DNA of 64,000 nucleotides from Bacilli bacterium (lineage in GTDB: Bacteria; Bacillota_I; Bacilli_A; RF39; UBA660), in the NCBI GenBank assembly GCA_017411405.1, contig JAFQQE010000010.1, forward strand, positions 29,615-93,614, written 5' to 3'. Shown here piece after piece: positions 57,912 to 64,000 of this stretch; the first letter of the stretch is position 1; each line of letters begins with the position of its first letter. The notes under the pieces are model-generated. The model was not told where the DNA came from. It did no database searches and saw only the letters and a list, made by a program, of their open reading frames with translations. The position numbers and the translations under genes are program-made.

Positions 57912-59684
57912 TTAATCATTTTTTTTATTAAAATTATCTAAATAGCTTTTTAGTTTTATTGCTATATTTCTAGGTACTACACTTTCTAATTCTTCTATAG
58001 TAGCATTACTTATTTTTTTTACACTGCCAAACTTCTTTATCAATTCTTTTTTTCTAACATTACCTATTCCTTCTATATTATCTAGTATACTTGATATAGC
58101 ACCTTTACTTCTAACTGTTCTATGATAATTTATAGTATACCTATGTACTTCATCTTGTATTCTTGTTAAATAATGAAATAAACTACTAGTTTTATCTATA
58201 TCATATATATTTAAAGTATCTCCATCCATTAAATCGTTAGTTCTATGTTTATCATTTTTAACTAAACCACATACTTTTATATTTAAATTTAATTCTCTTA
58301 AAGTATCCATACAAGCATGTATTTGACTCTTACCTCCATCTACTATAATTAAATCAGGTAACTCACTTTTTTCAACTAAACATCTATAATATCTTCTATA
58401 TATAACTTCTTTCATAGTATTATAATCATCATTTTTATCTACAGTAATTTTATACTTTCTATAATCACTCTTACTAGGTTTACCATCTTTAAAAACAACC
58501 ATACCACTAACATTAAATGTTCCAAATATATTAGAATTATCAAAGACATCTATTCTATAAATATTTATACCAAGTAATTTACTCAATTCATTATTAGCAT
58601 TACTAGTATTAGCACTCTCTTTTTTTAATAAAGTTAATTTATTTTCTAAATTTAACTTTGCATTCTTATAAACCATATCAAGTAATTTTTTCTTACTTCC
58701 TTTTAAAGAAGTAACAAACTTCATATTTAACATATCACTAAGTAAATTAATATTAATATTATCATTAACCAATACTTCTTTAGGTCTTTCGTTCTTATTA
58801 TAAAATAATGCAATAAAATATTCTAACTCATTAATATAATCTTCCATAACAGGAATAATTTTATTATTATGACCTACTAATTTACCATTTCTTAAAAAGA
58901 ATATTTCTATACTTAAATATCCATTATCAAAATAATAATTTATTATATCTCTATCTATATTATCATGTAACTCTACTCTTTGACGCTCCATTACTACTTT
59001 AATATATTCTAATTCATCTTTTAATTCTTTAGCTTTTTCAAAATTTAATTGTTCAGAATAAAAATTAATTTTTTCTAATAATTTATTAGTAATTACATCT
59101 TCATTCCCTTTTAAAAAACTAATTATTTCTTTTTCCATCAATAATATTTTCTCTTTATCAATATTTTTAACACAATATCCTAAACATTCTCCAATATGAT
59201 AATATAAACATACATTTTTAGGCATATGATCACATTTTTTTAAAGGATATAATCTATTAATTAAATTAACTATACGTCTCGCTGCATATACATTAACAAA
59301 AGGGCCAAATAACATTTTATTTTTATGATTTTTAATATTTAAATATCTTACTACTTTTAAACTTGGGAAAGGTTCTCTATTATATTCAATATATGGATAA
59401 CTTTTATCATCTTTTAATAAAATATTATATCTAGGATCATATTTTTTTATTAAATTTAATTCTAATATAAAAGCTTCTAATTCACTATTAGTAACTATAT
59501 ATTCAAAACGTGCAACTTCACTTACCATTAAAGCAGTTTTACCTGTATTCTTACCAATAAAATAACTACTTAATCTATTTCTTAAATCTTTAGCTTTACC
59601 AACATATATAATTACATTATCTTTATTATACATTTGATAACTACCTGGTAAATGAGGCACTAAATTAAGTTCTTCTTTAAACAT
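57912..59684 (-). CDS. uvrC: Excinuclease ABC subunit C.
   Basis: 590 aa. N-terminal GIY-YIG (YQMYNKDNVIIYVGKAKDLRNRL), C-terminal RNase H-like and HhH regions. Confidence 0.9.
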   Translation of the reverse strand: MFKEELNLVPHLPGSYQMYNKDNVIIYVGKAKDLRNRLSSYFIGKNTGKTALMVSEVARFEYIVTNSELEAFILELNLIKKYDPRYNILLKDDKSYPYIEYNREPFPSLKVVRYLNIKNHKNKMLFGPFVNVYAARRIVNLINRLYPLKKCDHMPKNVCLYYHIGECLGYCVKNIDKEKILLMEKEIISFLKGNEDVITNKLLEKINFYSEQLNFEKAKELKDELEYIKVVMERQRVELHDNIDRDIINYYFDNGYLSIEIFFLRNGKLVGHNNKIIPVMEDYINELEYFIALFYNKNERPKEVLVNDNININLLSDMLNMKFVTSLKGSKKKLLDMVYKNAKLNLENKLTLLKKESANTSNANNELSKLLGINIYRIDVFDNSNIFGTFNVSGMVVFKDGKPSKSDYRKYKITVDKNDDYNTMKEVIYRRYYRCLVEKSELPDLIIVDGGKSQIHACMDTLRELNLNIKVCGLVKNDKHRTNDLMDGDTLNIYDIDKTSSLFHYLTRIQDEVHRYTINYHRTVRSKGAISSILDNIEGIGNVRKKELIKKFGSVKKISNATIEELESVVPRNIAIKLKSYLDNFNKKND

Positions 59685-59717
59685 AACACATCACATTAGT
59701 ATTCTATCACAAAATAA

Positions 59718-59753
59718 GAAAAATATAAAAATAAAAAGAGCCTTAAGCTCTTG
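59718..59753 (-). terminator. Intrinsic terminator after efp.
   Basis: Palindromic hairpin AAGAGCTTAAGGCTCTT overlapping the stop codon, followed by TTTTATTTTTAT. Confidence 0.5.
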
Positions 59754-60303
59754 ATACATATTTTCCATCTAATGTAGAAACTATTATATGTTCTCCTTGT
59801 GAAATAAATAAAGGAACTCTTAAAGTATAACCTGTTTCTATTGTAGCATCTTTAGTAGCATTATTAGTAGTATTACCTTTAGTTGCATCTGTAGTTTCAA
59901 TTATTTCATACTCAACTTTTTCTGGTAAATTTATACCAATAATTTCTCCCTCATAAAAAGAAATATCTATATCCATACCTTCTTTTAAGAATTTAATTTG
60001 ATCTATTAATTTTTCTTCAGGTATTTCTAATTGTTCATATGTTTCATTATTCATAAATACATATGAATCACCTTGACTATATAAATAATTCATCTTAGAT
60101 TTTTCAACCATAGCTCTTTCAATCTTAATATTTGTATTATAAGTTTCTTCTACTAAAGAACCTGTTTTTAAATTTCTTAATTTCATTTTCATAAAAGCTG
60201 AACCTTTACCAGGTTTAACATGTTGAAATTCTTCTATTAAACAAAGTTTACCATCTATTATAATAGTCATACCATTTTTAATTTCATTAATATTAATATT
60301 CAT
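59743..60303 (-). CDS. efp: Elongation factor P.
   Basis: 186 aa. KPGKGSAFMKMKLRNL loop containing the modified-Lys region. Confidence 0.9.
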   Translation of the reverse strand: MNININEIKNGMTIIIDGKLCLIEEFQHVKPGKGSAFMKMKLRNLKTGSLVEETYNTNIKIERAMVEKSKMNYLYSQGDSYVFMNNETYEQLEIPEEKLIDQIKFLKEGMDIDISFYEGEIIGINLPEKVEYEIIETTDATKGNTTNNATKDATIETGYTLRVPLFISQGEHIIVSTLDGKYVSRA

Positions 60304-60341
60304 AAATATACTCCTTTCTAAAAAAGTTAATTATATTTAAA

Positions 60342-60509
60342 TTATTTTTTTTCTTTAAAATCTGTAGTTTTTCTACATTTAGAACAATATTTTTTTACTT
60401 CTAATTTATCTGGTGTATTTTTCTTGTTTTTTTCTGTAGGTCTAATAATAAAACCACATTCAGAACATTTTAATTCAATATTTGCTCTTGCATCACTTTT
60501 TTTAGCCAT
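60342..60509 (-). CDS. rpmG: 50S ribosomal protein L33 (55 aa; missed by the ORF track).
   Basis: Manual translation MAKKSDARANIELKCSECGFIIRPTEKNKKNTPDKLEVKKYCSKCRKTTDFKEKK, with a Cys4 zinc ribbon. RBS AGGAGG lies 8 nt upstream. Confidence 0.85.
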   Translation of the reverse strand: MAKKSDARANIELKCSECGFIIRPTEKNKKNTPDKLEVKKYCSKCRKTTDFKEKK

Positions 60510-60559
60510 AATTCTGCCTCCTTCTTCACCGAACTACAAGTATTATAGCAAAGAAATAG

Positions 60560-62515
60560 TTAATTAGCAAATAAAATTTCACTTATTTGCCTTGCTAAAT
60601 ATATATTTATAGGATAAGTACGTACATTATCATTTTCTTTATAATCTATATTAGGACTAACTATTACTAAACTATATACCGGATCATCACTTGGCATATA
60701 AGAAACAAACGTCCTTGTAGTAGCAAAAGTATCACTAATTCCATCCATATCACTATCTAATATACTTTCACTAGTACCGGTTTTACTACTGGCATTATAT
60801 TTTTGATTTATATATGAACTTCCAGTACCACTACTACCTACTTTTTTTAATCCTTCTTTTATTCTATCTTTATAAATACTATCTAATTCTACTTCATTTA
60901 ATATATTTGATTCATTTTCTAAAATAACTTTACCTTCACTATTAACAATTTCTTTCATTAAAGATAATTTTATTCTACTCCCATTATTTGCAACAGTATT
61001 AATATACTGAGTTAATTCTATAGGTGTATAAGTATCATATTGACCTATACTTAAATTGAGTAACAAATCATCACTTATAGTTTTTCCAATTATTCCGATA
61101 CTTTCATTTTCTAAATCAATGCCTGTTTTAACTCCTAATCCATATTCACTTAAAGTATCTCTATAAATTTTAAAAGCATAATCTAAATTATTTAAACTCA
61201 TATTATATTTATATTTTTCTCCAGTTAAACCAATTGCTATTAGAAACTGATAATAATTACTAGACTGTGCTAAAGCGCTTAAGTCATTTACTTTACCTAA
61301 ACTCTTCCAACTGCATTTTGGAAGTTTGTTTTTTAATTTAACACAAGAATCAACTACACTATCACCTATATCTATTATATTATATTTATATCCAATACTA
61401 ATTGTAGCAGCTTTTACTACACTACCTACTGTATAACTTTTATTAATATTACCTATCTCATTATTATAAAATATGCCATTATTATAGCTTTTACCAACTA
61501 AAGAAACTATACCCCCAGTATTAGGATCACTAATGATTATATAAGAACCATTATAATACTTGCTACTTTTAAATTCTTTAGCTTTTTTTATCTCACTTTC
61601 TAATATACTTTCTATATTTTTTTGTAACTCAATATCTATATTTAAAATAAGATCATTCCCTTGTATTGCATCACTAACTAAACTAATTGTATTATCATTA
61701 TTTACTTTATATTGAGCCTTAGTACCTTTTAAATAATCTTCATAATATTTTTCTAAATAACTTATACCTACTATATCATTATTACTATATCCTTTACTTT
61801 TATAATATTCTAATTCTTCTAGAGGTATTAAACCAACTTTACCAATTACTTCAGATAATACTCCGTCATAATTATTAATTCTTTCAAATGTTAATTCTGT
61901 TCTAACTCCAGGTAAATTACTTTCTATAACTAGACTATATTCTTTATCATTACAATTACTTTTAATTATCTTATCTTGATAATTATAACCATTATTCATT
62001 ATATTAAATATATTAGCTGCTCGCTTTTCTAAACTAGACATATTATTTATTATCACATTTGAAATTAAACTCAATCTAATATCTAATAATTCATCGCTTT
62101 CTATTTTTCTTTCTTTATATTTATTCATTATATCTTGACTAACTAAAGAATTAATTTTTTCTTTATTATTTAAATAATAAAAATATTTTAATTCTTCTGA
62201 ATTAGCTTCTTCTATATCTAAAATATTTGCAAGTTTTAAAGCAATATCTATCTCATCTTTTATACTTATACCACTTAATTTATTATAAACTATTGTTTTA
62301 ATTCCTATATTATCCACTATTATATTACCGTTAGTATCAATTATTCTTCCTCTAGGAGCACTAGTACCATATATAATTCTATTATTTTTTAAACTTAAAA
62401 GTTCCTTATAATAACTAGATTTAATAAACATTAAATAACTAATTCTAAATATACAAATAACATATAATAAAATAATTATTATATACAAAGTCTTTTTTTT
62501 CATAATTTCCACCAT
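60560..62515 (-). CDS. Penicillin-binding protein 2 / SpoVD-like class B transpeptidase.
   Basis: 651 aa. N-terminal TM and PBP dimerisation domain. Transpeptidase motifs SxxK (SVVK), SxN (SSN) and KTG (KTGTS). Confidence 0.8.
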   Translation of the reverse strand: MVEIMKKKTLYIIIILLYVICIFRISYLMFIKSSYYKELLSLKNNRIIYGTSAPRGRIIDTNGNIIVDNIGIKTIVYNKLSGISIKDEIDIALKLANILDIEEANSEELKYFYYLNNKEKINSLVSQDIMNKYKERKIESDELLDIRLSLISNVIINNMSSLEKRAANIFNIMNNGYNYQDKIIKSNCNDKEYSLVIESNLPGVRTELTFERINNYDGVLSEVIGKVGLIPLEELEYYKSKGYSNNDIVGISYLEKYYEDYLKGTKAQYKVNNDNTISLVSDAIQGNDLILNIDIELQKNIESILESEIKKAKEFKSSKYYNGSYIIISDPNTGGIVSLVGKSYNNGIFYNNEIGNINKSYTVGSVVKAATISIGYKYNIIDIGDSVVDSCVKLKNKLPKCSWKSLGKVNDLSALAQSSNYYQFLIAIGLTGEKYKYNMSLNNLDYAFKIYRDTLSEYGLGVKTGIDLENESIGIIGKTISDDLLLNLSIGQYDTYTPIELTQYINTVANNGSRIKLSLMKEIVNSEGKVILENESNILNEVELDSIYKDRIKEGLKKVGSSGTGSSYINQKYNASSKTGTSESILDSDMDGISDTFATTRTFVSYMPSDDPVYSLVIVSPNIDYKENDNVRTYPINIYLARQISEILFAN

Positions 62516-62569
62516 TATTTATTATGTAATATTTTCATATATTTACTCATATAATAAATTGGTGATTAA

Positions 62570-62818
62570 ATGTTAAATATAATTGAACCTTATATAAAAA
62601 ATATATCTAAAGAAGATATTAATAATTTTGCTTTAAAAAATAATATCAAATTAAATAATAATGAATTAGAATTTATATATAACTTCATTACAACAAGATA
62701 TAAAGAAGTATTATCTAATCCTAATAATTTTAGTTTAGTAAAATATAAGAATAACTTTTCTAACGAAAACTTTGTTAAAATAAATGGATTAATTAATAGA
62801 TATAAAATGTTATTATAA
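62570..62818 (+). CDS. Small hypothetical protein.
   Basis: 82-aa ORF preceded by a GGTGA RBS. Confidence 0.35.
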   Translation: MLNIIEPYIKNISKEDINNFALKNNIKLNNNELEFIYNFITTRYKEVLSNPNNFSLVKYKNNFSNENFVKINGLINRYKMLL

Positions 62819-62853
62819 TTATTGTAAAATAATTTAAAAAATTGGTCAGTCAA

Positions 62854-62892
62854 TAAAAAAACCATGTTTTGTTTTTAAAACATGGTTTTTAA
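62854..62892. terminator. Bidirectional intrinsic terminator.
   Basis: 13-bp perfect stem AAAACCATGTTTTgttttAAAACATGGTTTT. Confidence 0.6.
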
Positions 62893-62908
62893 ATAGTATA
62901 AAACTAAA

Positions 62909-63580
62909 TTAAATCTTTTTAAACAAATTATGTTTTTTTACTACTGCCATCAATCCATATGTTAATAATCCTACTATTCCTAGTATTATATAATATGTTT
63001 CTACACCAGTATCAACAGGTGGGACAGTAGTAGAACCATTATAATCATTTCCAGCATTCGAACCGTTTCCGTTTGAACCGTTCCCATCGTTTGAGTCTTT
63101 TTCATTTTCTATTACTTCTCCGTTTGATGTTGTATTGTCGTTTGAACATTGTACTGAATAATCTTCACTCCAATATGCTGGTTCATTATTTGGTCCGCTA
63201 TCATAATTTGCTTTATTATCATCTTTAAATGCGTCTTTTCCTGATCCCGTAGATTGATATATTATATATTTTTCTCCATTACTACATGATACTATATCAC
63301 TTATTACATCTTCTTGATTATCATTAACAGTATATCCAGCATAATTATATTCACAACTAGATGTTTCTGTACTACATATTGATTGCCCATACAATGTAAC
63401 AGTTTTTCTAGTTGATGATACTGTTACACTTGGTAAATTACTTTTAAAATTATTATAACTACTTTTTAAAGTTTCATAATGTGGTTGTCCAGGATAAGCA
63501 GAAGAATTATCAGCACTTACCTCTTTAATTCCTATAAAAGCCATTATTATAAATAAACCAATTATTGTTTTTTTTCTCAT
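62909..63580 (-). CDS. Secreted protein with a C-terminal hydrophobic anchor and basic tail.
   Basis: Signal peptide MRKKTIIGLFIIMAFIGIKEVSA. C-terminus ...ILGIVGLLTYGLMAVVKKHNLFKKI. RBS AAGGAGAGGG. Confidence 0.5.
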   Translation of the reverse strand: MRKKTIIGLFIIMAFIGIKEVSADNSSAYPGQPHYETLKSSYNNFKSNLPSVTVSSTRKTVTLYGQSICSTETSSCEYNYAGYTVNDNQEDVISDIVSCSNGEKYIIYQSTGSGKDAFKDDNKANYDSGPNNEPAYWSEDYSVQCSNDNTTSNGEVIENEKDSNDGNGSNGNGSNAGNDYNGSTTVPPVDTGVETYYIILGIVGLLTYGLMAVVKKHNLFKKI

Positions 63581-63592
63581 ACAGCCCTCTCC

Positions 63593-64000
63593 TTATTCCT
63601 CAAAATATTCTTTTTTAGTTTTATTTTTCTTCTTTATTATTATTATGGCACTACTTCCTAAAATTATTACAGCACCTACCACTATTGCAGTTATTTCAAT
63701 CGCTTTATTAAACGCATCTTTCTTTATATCTATTGAATATGTTGTGAATTCTCCGTTTTCTGCAACTACTTTTACTCTTACTGTACTAAATCCTGTTAAT
63801 TCATCATTTCCTCTTATAAATACTTCTGCTCTATTGCTATTTGGTACAGCTGTTATTACTAATGATTTTTCTTGTTTTATTCTTACTGTATATTCTTTTT
63901 CATTTGGATTAAATTTAATAACATGTCCTAATACTTTTAAATCTTTTAAAGTATTATCATTTTCTACTTCTAATCCAAATTCTTTTCTAATTATTGTTAA
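63593..64000 (-). CDS. Surface protein C-terminal fragment (cadherin-like beta-sandwich domain plus TM anchor). The N-terminus lies beyond the window.
   Basis: Manual translation ...LKDLKVLGHVIKFNPNEKEYTVRIKQEKSLVITAVPNSNRAEVFIRGN...VVAENGEFTTYSIDI matches the Clostridial cadherin-like domain pattern. It is followed by AIVVGAVIILGSSAIIIIKKKNK. Confidence 0.5.
   Translation of the reverse strand, partial: LTIIRKEFGLEVENDNTLKDLKVLGHVIKFNPNEKEYTVRIKQEKSLVITAVPNSNRAEVFIRGNDELTGFSTVRVKVVAENGEFTTYSIDIKKDAFNKAIEITAIVVGAVIILGSSAIIIIKKKNKTKKEYFEE

Noticed and set aside
62909-63580. Sortase (LPxTG-type) cell-wall sorting signal at the C-terminus of the secreted protein.
   Set aside because: There is a hydrophobic stretch plus a basic tail, but no LPxTG or (S/P)PxTG motif; PPVDTG does not fit. 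It is called only a membrane anchor.

Overview
Very AT-rich (about 25% GC) chromosomal segment from a low-GC, endospore-forming Firmicute (Clostridia-like). Most of the window is a housekeeping and sporulation backbone:
- Suf Fe-S cluster genes, glyQS, acetate kinase, phosphate acetyltransferase, GAPDH, ClpP, UvrC, EF-P, and the infC-rpmI-rplT operon.
- Division and sporulation genes: ftsA-ftsZ-spoIIGA-sigE, spoIIAA-sigF-spoVAC/AD/AE, spoVS.
- Peptidoglycan genes: murT/gatD and a PBP2/SpoVD-like protein.

The most unusual part lies between fmt and a GH31 gene, at roughly 28.1-32.8 kb. It contains a tRNA-Arg(UCU) gene followed by a tandem array of small gene cassettes. Each cassette is bounded by copies of the tRNA 3'-end/flank plus a perfect 12-bp palindrome, consistent with att-like junctions. 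Next to it sits a tandemly duplicated two-gene module whose roughly 270-bp upstream non-coding element is better conserved than its coding sequence.

Other notable points:
- A roughly 500-nt GC-enriched, ORF-free region at 10.8-11.3 kb is driven by a perfect TTGACA-17-TATAAT promoter (minus strand) and lies upstream of a small membrane protein. It may be a large structured ncRNA or leader; an OLE/oapA-like arrangement is a hypothesis to test.
- The sigF operon appears to lack spoIIAB.
- rplT carries a C-terminal Rho_N/SAP-like extension.
- SufBD is only 192 aa.
- A diverged RnfC/RnfD-like gene pair is present without the other rnf genes.
- A candidate glycine T-box precedes a LOG-glyQS bicistron.
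- infC has a non-AUG start.

No CRISPR array, integrase or transposase was recognised. The ORF track misses L33 and a Cse60-like gene because they are shorter than 60 aa, and misses two edge-truncated genes.
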